Below, piece by piece: positions 40,101 through 53,800 of a stretch of DNA of 64,000 nucleotides. Every line of letters begins with the position of its first letter. Within the stretch, counting starts at the first letter, position 1. This DNA comes from Trichoplax adhaerens. Its lineage: Eukaryota > Animalia > Placozoa. The notes beneath the pieces were generated by a model. That model was not told the origin of the DNA and did not search any database. It saw only the letters and a program-made list of their open reading frames with translations. The position numbers and the translations under genes were made by a program. The stretch spans positions 941,872 to 1,005,871 of the forward strand of contig NW_002060945.1 of the NCBI RefSeq assembly GCF_000150275.1. The letters run 5' to 3'.

Positions 40101-42100
40101 TATAGTATCATGCCTCTGTCTTTATTAGAACATTTTTGTGCGAAGCATCGACTGTGGAAGAGCCAGGGGAACGCTTTCAATTAGATCAATACAGTGAATA
40201 TGCAATGCTTAGAAAACCAACTATTTACATTTCTATCAGAGAGATTTGTAACATTCATAAGGTTGTGATACAGATGCCGAATTACCTCATTCTAGTATGT
40301 AATAAGTTTTGAAAAAGATTAATTCCGATTGTTACAGTTGGTAGCCGACTTTGAAAATGAAATTGCACCAAACACCGATGATCCACTTCGTGAAGTTTTA
40401 TCTGACCTAGGCTCACCTTTATCTGAATCTGAGTTAATCGGTTAGTCGTCAATGATTTATCTTGTTGTTAATGTATTGAGTTACCAAATGAGTTCTTTCA
40501 TAGATGTGCCATCGGATACAAATGATCCAATTGCTATTGATGCTGTTAGAGAAGATTTGGCCAAGACTGAAGTTTGCTTGACATTAACTAATAGATTTGA
40601 TATTAAAGGGGATAATAGGACGTCCGATGTATCATCCCTATTTAACGGGTTAGTTAGATAAAACAATGCTAAAAGATAATGAATTATAGATGGCTATTTA
40701 TTATTTATTATAAATGATGATATATCCATGTTGGCTATAGGACTAAAAATTTAACAGCGGACGTGATCCGCGTTCAACGAGGATCAACCCTGGCTAGTAT
40801 ACTGGATACACCTTCGTCGAAGGAAGAAGTTAGATACAAGAATAGATTTTTATTTATTCTTTTAAATTATTATGAAAATAATATATCCATACGTTAACAA
40901 TTTCAGTCTGAGAAATATAAAGCCATCATCAGCAATCGAGCTAGTAAGATTGCTTTAATCAGCCAGGTAACACAAAGTCAAGTGAAAGGCACGCAAAAGA
41001 AAGAACCAGGACCTGAAAAACAGTACGTCCTGTTTTGTTTATATATCTGTGATTCTTTAAACATATAATTTGAAGCAGTTTATTACAGTATAATGATCGT
41101 TATTGTATTATGACTTGCTTTATTCGTAAATTCTATTTTATTGATTTTTTAGTGCGTCACTGGAGAAAGTTAAGATTAGAATTAAAGAAGGTTTGCAAGT
41201 ACTTGAAGAAAAAGGTCTTACCTCTTCTAAGAATGGATACGGATCTGTATTAAGGGAAATTGCAAAGGTAGTACGGGAGCTTAGATTAATTTGAACGGAA
41301 TACAATTATCATCATGCACCAATAAGAAAAATGGGTCATCATCTTTTTATCCAGGATATACTTAATAGACGGTTATATCGAAAAAATCGTAAGATTGAAA
41401 TATTAAGACTGCGTGAGGCTCAGGTAGTCTTGGATGACAAGATCAAAGATTATGTTGAACAAATGGATTATTATAATAAGTATATTAAGACTTGCATCGA
41501 AAATATGGCCTTGTCTAGTAAAAAGTTAGTAAATATTTTAACTAGAAGCTACTTACGCTATTAATTCAATTTTTAATGGGCATATTTTTTTTCGTCTTTT
41601 ATCAGGAAAAAGGATAAAAAATCTTCTGCCTTAAAGTATACCGCAGCACGATTGCACGAAAAAAATATAGTTTTATCGATCGCCGGTTTACAATCACACC
41701 AGTGAGTACATGATGAGATTTTCTATCAAAACACAAATATACTCAAAGGTAAATTGTTGTTTGTAGATATAAAAATGTAACGATTGAGATTGCATCTACT
41801 GACGATTCATCGAAGTTTAAAATCCATGCCAAGATCATTGGAACAACAATGGATTCGATTTTGCTTGATTTTGAGGTATGACCTAAGACGTCAGTTCCGA
41901 TATCTTGATAATATAACGTGTAAGTTACTCGGAAAGTAGAAGCTAACCATTGTCTTTATTGGTTATTTATTTTATATTTACAGCATTTGCTAGAACTGCA
42001 ATATGAAGGTATTCCCTCAATTAAAGTATTTAATGCTGTTATGTTTGATGTAAACTCTTTAATCGGTCTCTTAAATAGAAAATTTTATGGTAAAGATTAG
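31107..42100 (+). CDS. IQGAP: Ras GTPase-activating-like protein IQGAP (CH domain, IQGAP repeats, WW-like, IQ motifs, GRD, RasGAP_C), ~37 exons, ~1850 aa
   Basis: Exon 2 (31837-31933) encodes AEIMDEERQKLIAYQYLCRLAEAK. CH domain: WIERC...EFENTLRNGILLAKL, GLHFKHTQNFNYW, IFHPETVDLYDQKNMPKVIYCIHA. Further motifs: IPMFNRIGGIL; IQ motifs at 37254-37807; LEKDLSSMDVKIGLLVKNRITLQDVV; YQSLFYLLQTEPKYLAKLIF; TIFNYAANTREEFLL; RYMHPALIAPDAFDVI; LKYTAARLHEKNIVL. The last exon 41984-42100 encodes HLLELQYEG...LLNRKFYGKD*. Exon 1 (31107-31194, phase-compatible) is less certain. Confidence 0.96.
34571..34592 (+). CDS. IQGAP: 22-nt IQGAP micro-exon (IKVDDET)
   Basis: ttatttctag|ATAAAAGTAGACGATGAAACTT|gtaagg. 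It is needed to keep frame between the exon ending at 34450 (GGILTKE) and the exon starting at 34679 (FFKAIVAVN), and aligns with human IQGAP1 ...GGILANELSVDEAAL. Confidence 0.8.
35392..37179 (+). CDS. IQGAP: IQGAP giant exon (1788 nt) encoding tandem IQGAP repeats and a WW-like domain
   Basis: Corresponds to ORF 35470..37206, with acceptor ttctag at 35391 and donor gtcagc at 37180. It carries ~75-aa repeats of the form L..LN.AL...P....KL.ECL....L....V......Y...L...R.EK.......LL...EIQ..I...N. Confidence 0.93.
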
Positions 42101-43999
42101 TATTTTTTCGTATCGGTACTGGTGTGCTTATTGAACTTGTACGTTACTTTATAAAATTTTAATTGGTAGACATTTTATTTTCTGCCTCTGAATTACTGAT
42201 TACGCTAATTTCGTTATGCCCACCAATCTAAAATTGCAAGCGATAAAGTATTTAAATGAGATTACTTAGTTTCCTTAGTGAAATAATTTTAATAAATTTA
42301 GATCGTGCATTTTCTGATATCACCGTTATGCGCAAAAGTTTGCCTTCATTTAATTGGATTCATTTATACTCAATATTCAGTTATAAATCAATCTTTGATT
42401 GATAATAACTATTATCACATTTAGCCAAAGTTTTATTGCAGATTTTTTGCACCTTATTTATTTACATTTATTCTTAATGTGATCAATGGGTTTTTCTGTA
42501 GAGGTCACAAAATATTTTCAATTAAATAATATGATTGCGTGATGAATAAAAGAAAGGTAGAACACTACTCTCATTGATGTTGTAAAGTATAAATTTGCAG
42601 TATAATCATGTGCGTATATGCACGCATACTGTAGTTAGTGGGAATCCCAATTTTCCAAGGTAGGTAGCTGTATAAAAGTATGCCCGTGATAAAGTCTTCC
42701 AAATGAATAGTGCGACAAGAGCTCTGGTTTCTTATTGATTAAATTTAACTTTTGTTATATAAATCTATCAATAGACATGCACAATTTTACTTCTATCTAC
42801 TATCTAGATATCAGTATGATCTATCTAGGAGACTGCACTAACTTGCCTATATTCGAAGTGCAGCCTATTATTGTAATCCATGAAATAATCACCCTTGTGG
42901 TATTCAATCTATGGCATATAGAATCACATCAATTAGATTATCACAGATTTGCAGAATTGGAATACGGAATGTCAGGCATGCATTTTATAAGTTAGCGTTT
43001 ACTATAAAAATGTCAGACTAGACAATTTTGCAAATCGTATACTGTACAATATCCAGGAAAATGTCCTTCCTGTATATGGTAAAAAGTGGTTGTCCATGCT
43101 AGCAGCCGAGTCATTTCGCACCTTTTACCGTCCAAGTGTTTTTTAATACGATAACGAAACTACTGTGTGATACATTAGATTATGATAGATAATTATGGAT
43201 TTTTTCTGAAAGGCTGAGGCGTTTTCTTTCTGCAGTATACAGCAGTACTGTACAGTATAGTACAGTGCAATATGCGTATATTGACTGCATCCTTCAACAA
43301 ACGTTTGCCGGTGTTGATGATGCAATTGTACATGAGGTATCTAGTCGTTGCTGCTCTCAGAAAGGAAGCGAATACACAGTATGATGTCCTGTTTTAACTG
43401 TTGAGTCGTACACACTAAGTAGGTAGCAAAGTATCGTCGATGGCGACATTATTATGGTGCGAAATGAGAGTGATTGGTCAGGTATATGAGCATACTTATT
43501 GTAATTACTCACTGTCATCCATGTGTCTTACAGTATACGCCTACCTATTGCTGGATTGTACTACACAGACTGCTAAGAAAAAGTGGATAGTAAACAAAAG
43601 TGACAAGAGAATTGGCATGAAAAATTACGTCGGCAAAGTACTATAGCATTTCACTGCATGTGCGCTAAAAAATGATTCCATTTCAATGTCGGTAGTGTAC
43701 TACATGTCCGCGTGGACTCTGTGGTGCAATGTAAAATGTAAACAAATAAAAACAACAATAATAATAATCTGAATGCTGTGCCACTGGATTCATTTTATCA
43801 ACAGGGAAGCAGGCAGAAAATGGTTTACCATGAACTAAAAGGGGAAAATGAATGGTAAAACACTGTAGTCAATAACATTGGAAACGCCGAAAATGTTCAT
43901 TGATGACGAATTGTGATTTCTGAGTTCCTTAAATCTACCGTTTGTACTGACTGTAAAATCAATCAATCCCCCCAAAAGAGTAAAAGCAGTTTTTGACCT

Positions 44000-44848
44000 A
44001 GTCCCACAGTACTACACAACGGCCTGCGTTACCATTGTGCCTACTGTACAGTGTACAGTATGTTGCGCAATGTGCATTTTACATACTGTACACTGTACAG
44101 TACTGTACGTACTTGCCACTCACGGACTACTAGAATGTCCTCTTCCAAGTAGTTGGAACACTTGGAGTACAGTGTACAGTACAACGGCACAGACTGTAGC
44201 CAGTGTACTGTACATTGTAAGTAGAAAGAGACCCGTACAGTGTACAGTACGCTGGTACAATGCAATACTGTACTGTAGTGTAGTCGCTACTCACCAAAGG
44301 AATGAAGAAAAATCACTTTGAGCGATGGCACTCGCTCACGCTTGACGTGCTGTGCTGTTCTACATTGAAGGCACGGTCATATTGTAGCAACCAAGTCAAA
44401 TAATCGAGGTTTAAATGAGATATGTGAGGTCTTACTTGTTTTGCCTGCAGGTCAAATTTGACAAAAATTACCTGTAGACTGTAGTGTAAATAGTGTACTG
44501 TACAGTACAGTATTTTACAGTCAAGTACAGTACTGTACTGTACACTGTAAAGTACAGCGTACTGTACTGTGTACAGTAGACTTCTGCATACAGTACACAG
44601 ATCTTTTTTCCCTTCAAGACAATCATCAGGATACTGGTACTTACAGTACTTTTCACTGTACAGCACTGTACCACGCCGTACTGTAGGTAGACCTGATCAT
44701 GACGATCTCCAAGTGGACGATTACAGCGTGGTACTGTATAGGCCAACTGTAGTGTACAGTACCGTGTAGTGTACAGTACCGTGTATTCCGCTGACAGATA
44801 TCCCACCTCAAATACGGTTGTGGACAAAAAAAGCATCTCCAAAATAAA
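44000..44848 (+). promoter_or_regulatory. CRTC promoter with dense TACAGTA/TACTGTA island and CRE half-sites
   Basis: Motif-dense blocks at 44040-44280 and 44470-44790, a perfect palindrome AGTACAGTACTGTACT at 44524-44539, and TGACG at 44343 and 44700. The island ends just before the ATG at 44849. Confidence 0.65.
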
Positions 44849-47800
44849 ATGGCGAATAACCGTAGATTTGTTGACAGAATTGCCTTTCACCAGACACGAC
44901 AGGCCGAAGAAACGGCTGAATTTGAACAAGTGATGCGCGAAGTTAAGACTACCAAAGATACCGCTACAAGGGTACGATTTCAATTACTTTATCTACTATC
45001 ACCAAAGGGTTCTTTTTTCCTATTTCTTTTCTATTTTTTGCGGGGGGGAAATAATGCTACAACAACTTCATCAGTGGGTTAGCATACTGTATCAACGTGG
45101 TGGTACAGTACTACTCTAGCGACTGGTGTATTTACAGTACACAACGGAGTAAAAGGCGATCACGCATCTCCGTGATATTTCATGATCGAGCGTTATTTTT
45201 ACAGTATAGTATTAAAATATCAGCCAGTTCTTCATCGTCGATGACTGCATCATGTTAGAATAAGATCACTTTCTTTCTGGTAGATTGCCACAAGCTCTTG
45301 TCTCAAGTATTACTTTGAAGGGGATTTTGATTATCTTGATGCCTTCTTTCTACTTGTGCTTGCGGTAGCAATCGTTTTCGTTTGGTCCTTTCTATGGGTT
45401 GTTAATGTCAACCTTAAGTGATTATCAATCTTTTCCAAAGTAGATGTACAAATTGTGTTATTTTTACCTTACACAATATATCAAGTTGAGTTACCGTTGA
45501 TGTTACAGCGAGCAAAGTTGGATATTACGTGTACAATTATCCTTTCTATGGGCTATGAATTATAGTTTGTACCCGCAGACGTTATTTTAAAAATTTTCCA
45601 TCAGCATAAGACAAGTAGGAACTCACCATTACTCTAGTAGGTAATCCACTTTTCATACGATAACTGCTTGCTTGTACAGTTAGCGCATTCTAATATCCAC
45701 TTTTTGTCAGCACAGTTGAACGTTCAAAGTTTTAGAAGCAGCAGTCATCCCGAATTTCATAATTTTATATAGACTGGACGTATATGGATAGATAGACTTG
45801 GTTAGTCGACATCACTAGAGTGGATGCAGCCTAGTAATAATTATACAGATTGAAGTCGAAACGATCTATAAAGGACTGTAATGTACAGTAGTTGACTGGA
45901 TAGTAAAGTAATAATAATATTGATGATAGCGATAGCGTGCTCCTCGTTATTACTTAGCATTCTTGATCCTAACTCTGTGTAGTACAGTAGTGTTTGTATT
46001 GTCTAGTAATGATTTTGAGTCTTATTCCATAGGTGAGGATAATTGTTACGTTTACCATAATCTGCCAACTGCCTAAGTGTTATTAGTGTATCATCGATTC
46101 GATTGAAGTTTTATGCGCATTTTAAAATAGATCCAATCCAGCTGCAATGCACCATACTTGTAGATGCGGTATTAGAGGGACTAATATCTACTACCTAATT
46201 ATTGACTGCATTCTTTTTGAGATTTGAGTTCAAAAGTATTGGTAATCTTAATGAATTGTGCTCTGCATCATATACGGCGTTATTGACGATTGTACAGCAC
46301 TCTTATATCTTTCCATTATAATTGATAAAGTAATACCTAGTTTAGAGAAATGAACTACAGTCAGTATTGTATTTTACACTCAGATTCAACCGCTATAGTT
46401 GGTGTACTGGGGTCAAAAGAAGAAATGGCAAATTGTAGCTGATTTGCTAAAACAGTTTTGGATATTTATAAAAAGTGATTAAAAAGCTCTTATGCTAGAA
46501 GAATGTACGTACAATACGAATAGTAGAGAATTACTATTGGAGTGGACATAAGCTAGACTGATCACTATATCCTATCACCTATTTTTTCTACACTTATTGT
46601 CATCCTTTATACAGTGTATCTTGCTTCGTACTTGACCTTAGCCGTTGTACATTGATTGAATTTTGTGATCAGGTTGATCGCTAACGAGTGGAATAAGCAC
46701 TAGACGTTGATCGATTAATTAATTATCATTGCTACGTTGTATCTGCAACACTTCATGATATCCTTGTCCTGTCATAGTACATTGTGAACGAGTTATCCAG
46801 TAAGTTTGCGCTCTGTTTGTAAACTTATACCTCTCATAGAAAAGGAATTTGCTATCAACCACATCTCTCGTCTCACTTAATCCTCGATTTATGTAATACT
46901 TTGGAAGCCAGTAATATTCTAATGAGATGATACTTAAAGAAGGGAGATGGGTGTCGTCGATTGATGTATTTACTGTATAGAGTATCTTTTGACTTGTTAA
47001 TCAATCTACGTAAACGTGCAATTTTTATAGGCTATTACTCATCCTTTACAGTACTATACGGTTAAATTGATGCACGATGATAGTAGCATAATCCGAGTAA
47101 AATTGAATGTTGTGCATACGGTGATGCAGTTTTATTTTTTTGTTCCTCTCATTTAATTTTGACGTTATTTTTCCCTTTTAAGATGGGTATCTATACACAT
47201 TAATTCCTCTTGCCATTGTCTGTTTTTGCTTCCTACACTTATAATGAGTTTTCTTTTCAACAGTTACATCCACCATATAGACAACCTATCATTAACAATT
47301 GCTACAGAAGTGAATCGCTACCGAATATTGGCGGTGAAAACAATACTATCGATTTACAGGTAAAGCCTTTTCTATTTGATACAAGAAAATAGAATATTAA
47401 CCAATTTATTACATCCAGTATACTTGTACCATCTCCATTGCCCTATGATACGATATCACTGACGGTGACTGAATATTGCGGGTTGTATCAAGTCATGACC
47501 AGGGACTCCTAAAGACAAAATGCAGGATTTTGTCTAAAAGTCCCTGTCATGACTCCGAGACTACTTCCATTCTACTGTACAGTACTATGTTGGGAGGATG
47601 AACGAGTTTGAGTAGACATTTTTGTTGAATTCAATTGATCGATACTGTAGCTCGTGAAATAGAAGGCTAAAAGTGATGTAAGTCAGCAAGAAATGTCTGG
47701 GCAATAAATTGATGATGGATGATAAATGATGAATTGCTGATTATTAATTATAATTATTATTGTATACTCTTTTACCCTCCTGCTTAGCGCTTAGTCGCTT

Positions 47801-50800
47801 ATACTATGCAGTTGATGGAGACGACATGCCGTGCTATCGTTTTGTTATCGTCAATTGAACTGGTTACGATATTTCTACATTGAAAAAATGGTTGAAAAAG
47901 TTTTTAGCATAAAGTCAGTTATTGAAAATGATGTTCTTCTAAAAAGCGATAGAGTACTGTACTTGCTGTACTTGTTTACATCACCAAAAAGGCATCATTT
48001 TTATGCATGTTGTCAGCAATGGACGTTAACTTGAGAAATAACCTGGATAGCTGTCGTCAAGTCTTTGTGGGATAAAATTAATCTACTGATCAAACGAGTT
48101 GGCCATTCATGACGGACCTGCTATTTATTTATTTTACATTATTTTCTAAATAAATTTTACTATACAGTAGTACGTAGATATTTTTCATTTTTGAGTCGTC
48201 TATGATAGTATCTTTGAACTCTACTCTAGTCCAATTTCTACCATTAGTGTGCTTTTTGCAGAGGCGTCTTTGGCTTCTTCATTCTCCTACTGTTGCTACG
48301 GCTATGCGTTGTACCTGTATCGTAGCGATAGACTGTAGTATGCAACGAATGGAAGCGGCTTGAATTGTACGAGTGATTTTTTCCTCCATCAATCCACTAC
48401 TGTACTCTTCTATTGCAGTATGAAGTTTGATATAGGCCAATTGATCGTGGATAGTTTCCTTTCTATGTAGAAATAAATCAATTTCAATTTTGGACCATAG
48501 AAAATTGATGGGCGAAAAAATTTCACTGGCTGCTGGCAAAATATTGCACGCCATTGTACTGCATGTTGTACGATCTACCCCCCCATCACCCTACTCTACT
48601 CTACTCTACTGTGACGCAAAACGTACCGTATACTGTAGTGTAGTGACTTCCTCATGAAAGACTTGGACGGCCAATACTAGTCTTGGCCGTCCCTGATACC
48701 GTACGTACTACAGTACGCAGCTACAGTACACATGGATGCCTTGTACTGTACACTGTACACTGTATAAGGAGGGTGGTTACTGTATCAAGTGAGACTTGAC
48801 ACCACAGCCATTTCTAGCGTATGGCTGCTGCCATAGGCGTGAAACTGCGTCCAAATCCCAAGCCACTTTGCGCTTGGGTTCCTTATGAAAAAAAAAAAAA
48901 TCAATGTCCAAAATTGTCTTTCAAAATGGAGTTGAATGATACAATTTAGCTGATCTTAAATTGAATTACTACGTTAAATCAATGACAGTATTAGCTTACT
49001 ACCCATTATAGCTACGTCATCAATTTTAAATTGCTCTGTAGCAATGATCACTCTGGAGAATCAACCTACCGTAGGTAGGCAGGAGTTTGATAGCAAAGGC
49101 AAAATTCATGTTGTGCCTATTTGCTTTCTGTCGTAATGGATTCATTAGATTGCTATTAATCGACAGTATACAATAGTCATCATTCGATAGGCTAAGAAAA
49201 TACTGCTGTAATATTGTATGAGATTCGATTGGTGAAAAAAAATCGGGACATCGGACCTACTCGACCATCATGACTGACGATTGTAGCGATTGACTTGGAT
49301 TGATTGCCAATGGAAGATCTTCTTTCTCTCCCTTTCTTAGAATCGACAGTATAATAGTATAGAATCTACTGTTAAGTTAATAGTGTACAGTATTTGCAAA
49401 AGTCGCGACCTCTACCTATGCCAATGTACATGATGAAGAGTGGAATATAATACAGTACCATACGCTAACACCTTGCATGAATAATTAATAAATATTGCTA
49501 TGCGTAGGCAGTAAACTACAGCTACGATACGCTAATCGAGTTTATTTGCAATGGACGTCTCTCGATACGACTGCTACAATTCAATCGATTGCGGACGGAT
49601 AGACATTATTACTCTATTCAAATTGAATTTAATCTACTCTGCAAATGGACATAGTCTACGACCGTGTTTATTTGTGTGATGATCGATAACTGCAAAGTAT
49701 TGCTGTCAACATGAAGAAAAACATCAAAATTGACTTTGATGACTATTCAAATGAATATAACAGTAAAAATGAACAATTTTAAATTCATTATATAGTACTG
49801 TATCCTACTGTATACCATAGCTGCTTGTCCCTATGTTTGCGTCAGATGTTTTTTGTTAAGATTGTATCTAATCGTTGTAGATATAAAGACTTAAATTAAA
49901 TGAACTTAAAAGAAAAAAAAATGATTAGCCAAGACACGATCTATGTCTTGTTAGTAGTATGCAATACAGCCAGCGAGCGTTTTAGATGATAGGATACAAG
50001 TTGACTTTCTACAGTAAAGTACCAGAAAAGGACTCTACTGACTATTGGACAACATCGGCATTTCTTTTACTTCTTCCCCTATCATTACATACAATGAATT
50101 ATAAGGCTGTATGTAGAATGCAATGATAAAAGTTGCCGTCATTTCACTCTTGTTTTACTTGTAATCCTTTGATCGAGATACGACACCCATTTTGGCATGA
50201 ATATCAGACCCCTCGAGCATGTGGCATATGCTTGATTCTATATTCTTACTATCGACAGCAATGGGCTAGGATTAGCGTATCTACTACAGTAATACACTGT
50301 TAAATTATCCGATAGACTACATCAATCGTTATGTTATTTCCAATTGATAATTAAGGTGTTGTATGTTTGGGGTTACATTTCTATTATTTTAATTAATAAT
50401 CTTACCCTTTTTTCCTTCTATATGATGAATAGGGAGCCTTAGATAATTTAAATCATTTAAGAGCAGGACATTCCAGTGAATTATTGTTTGACAAAAGGGA
50501 CAGACCACGCAGTACAAGTCCACGTCGGTCAATTTTAAATGATCGTCCTCGAATAGTATCCTATATTAATTCTTTTTAAAGTTGTATTCATTTGCTAGGG
50601 TACCATGACTATACGGTAATCATAATATAGAAGAAATGATGAAATGTAAAGACGGAATTTTATACGCAAGTGCTTATACAGATTCCATTATTCTAAGTTA
50701 TTATTCACTTTGGATTACAATATCCTTGGTATTGATTCCATTTTCTTACTCTACATTATTTTCATCAATAAAATAATATCGAACTATGCTTGACTTGGAT

Positions 50801-53800
50801 CATCGATAGAAACGATATCTACTACTTCATAGTCATTACTTATATTGTTTGTATAGTATTGGTATAGCGGATTTCGTCATTCTCTACTTACTTTAGAGGA
50901 TTAAACAAAAAACCAGTCGACTCTGTCTTATTCTTACAGTATACAGTTAATTGCAGTATCTACCGGATATTAGCGATCATGAATGTTTTGTGCCATTTTT
51001 AAAGGATAGAAAAAAGATTTTTGCAATACTGAATTTTACTTATTATACCTTGTGTTCATTTTGGACACGCACCATCTATTTTGTAGTAGCTTCTATTAGT
51101 GTTGTGTATCAACCATTTATGATTGTTATACTGTATTATAATATTTCATCGTGTTAATGGAATTTTAACCAATAGTATGCTTCAATCATCTCGAATATTT
51201 TTTTTAATATTGATTCATAGTATTGCAATTATAGCCGCACTGATCGTACATTGTAACGTATGTACAAAATGAGTTACTATTATAGTAATTTGGATTTATG
51301 CCGTTCTATGTTAGCAATTTTATAAAAATTCTATACGTATAAGATAACGGTAAATAGAAGCATTTTGCTTTGCAAAATTTTCCTTAACCAAAGACAAATA
51401 GAACGATTTAAATTCTCCTTATCCGCTATATTTGTCGCCGCCTGCAGAATCTAGTTGGAGAAGGTAAGTTTGAAGAATTGTATAGAAGAATGCAATAGTT
51501 AAAAAGAATAATTCCAAATGTCTCATATTTCTGCGTTATGTTATTTATAGAAAATGTAGAGGTAACAATAGTATAGTGCGTATTTAATTGAAAAATTGCA
51601 TTCTTAGAAATTTTATTATACTCTAATGACAATATATTATTGAGTAAAAGTTATTTAAAAGTTTTATTGGACAACGACGTTATAATTGACATTTTACTGT
51701 ATAGTATTGATCCTAGTCTTAATACCGACATCTTACTAATGACGTTTTTGTTCATAATATGAACAATATTTTATGTTTTTACCATCAATTCATTTTATTA
51801 TATCATTATACTTTCTCCGTATCCAATTAATCGTGTTGATAAGTGATATAATTTCAGTCTTTAGTAACCTTATGCCTACAAAGTGATAATCTATACATCT
51901 ATAACGGATGAACTTTGGCGAGATTAATATACAGTAGTTTACCATAATATGTTGCATTATTAATAACAAGTAGCTCGATATTAAAACATAATTTATCCTC
52001 GTTGTACTCTAGTAACTTCATTTCTATTGTTTTTGGACACCAAAATTTAGTTTTTCTACGATTGTTGTAACAATTTTTAAGATTAATTGAGTCAATTAGC
52101 TGAAACAACGAAAAATTGGAGCGTATATATTCGTACTAAAAGTACCAATACCTTTGTAGTGACAATTAGTAACTATCAATGTTATCAATATTGTGCACTC
52201 AAAGATATTTTTACGAGTACTTGTATAATTTGGATAATTTTTATTGCTTGACTTAAGAGGACTACGTGGGATTAGAATTAACATGTTTTATCTAGCAGTT
52301 ACATACAAAATATTACTTAACAATTTTTGTTATAGAATACAGTACTTAGCATGTTGATGATTATTTGATTTCCTATTAATAACCCAATAATGTACAAACT
52401 TAAAGTAAAAATTTAAATTTTAAAGAGCGCTATTTCAATATTTTAAGTATAAAAGGCTTTAAAACACAGGAATATACAGTATACTGTAGTATTATTGAGT
52501 GCAGTCTCCCTAACATTAATACTAACTTAGAAAATGCTTCTGGTAACGAAATTCAGTTTTCTCATACGCCAACTGAAGTATTTGCGTAGGTAGATCAAAT
52601 ACAAATAACTTAGCAACCTAATTACTTATTGATAAACAGTAAAATTCTTGCTATTCTTAATATTCCTTCCCACGTTTATCTATATTTGTTATTGTGATTA
52701 AGTCAACTCGGAAATACAGTACAAATAGTAACGCTGCTAAAATACTACCCTAACTCTTTATAAGGACTGCAATTGTAATTAATACATTACTATACTTGCT
52801 TGCTTAAATGTTAATATGCAAATTAATACAGCACAAGTTTTTATATTACTCATACGCGACTCGAAAATTACATGATTTTTACAACATGCGTGTTAAACTT
52901 CTTCTCTATTATACCATCTTTCCAGAGCAATTGTATTATTGATTATGAATTTTTTGATCATTAAGTTAGTGACTGTTAAACTATTGGTTATACTATAATG
53001 ATAAGCCTACAATACATATCATTAGTATGTAACGTATAATTTATCACCATTTCGAAAAATGATTTCATTGACATATCAAGAATTTTAATGTATGCAGTAT
53101 ATACGAATATACGATTGCATGTTATAATAGATAGCGCATCAGGATAGTGATTATAATTATCGATATCATCTGTTAACATTCTGTTATTATTCAGTAGTGA
53201 TACTTCTCTTTTACTGTCGCTGTTTATTGTAAGATGTGATTGATATAATTTTTCTCTGTGCCCCTCTAGTTTTAGTTCTAGCTCACATGGAACAATCACC
53301 GTTTGCATTTTGTAATTTGTCAACGTACTTTATTTTGATCACGGTATCTGAGACAATATGACGCTCACATTTTAAGCACAATTTTTTACTTAAACACTTT
53401 CAATTTTACTCAAAATACTTTTACCAGCTAATAATGTTCTTATATATTGTTGATTTCACTGAAGTATTGCTAAAAATAAGTTTTGTTATCCTTGATCTAC
53501 GCCATCGCTATGCCATTTTTTGGTTATCTGATGTTGTTTTAATAGTCTCATACGATGATTCGATGTTATAAAATATAAAAAATAAAACTTTATGATATAT
53601 AAAGTATCGCTTTGCCTTTGCTCGTATATAATTTATTGACTTTTTAATTGTTGCTTACTTCTGTATGTACTAATCATTGCAATAACTTATTGACAATGGA
53701 TATATTTCAGAACGATTTCAGATTCTGCTTTGCATAGGAGCGCTATGTCACCAATGTCTGACAATGGATATCCACCAGATAATAATCAAGGTAGTAAAGT

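Noticed and set aside
44037-44983. Five overlapping ORFs upstream of or antisense to CRTC exon 1
   Set aside because: Same motif-driven artefact; the only supported coding part is CRTC exon 1 (44849-44971).
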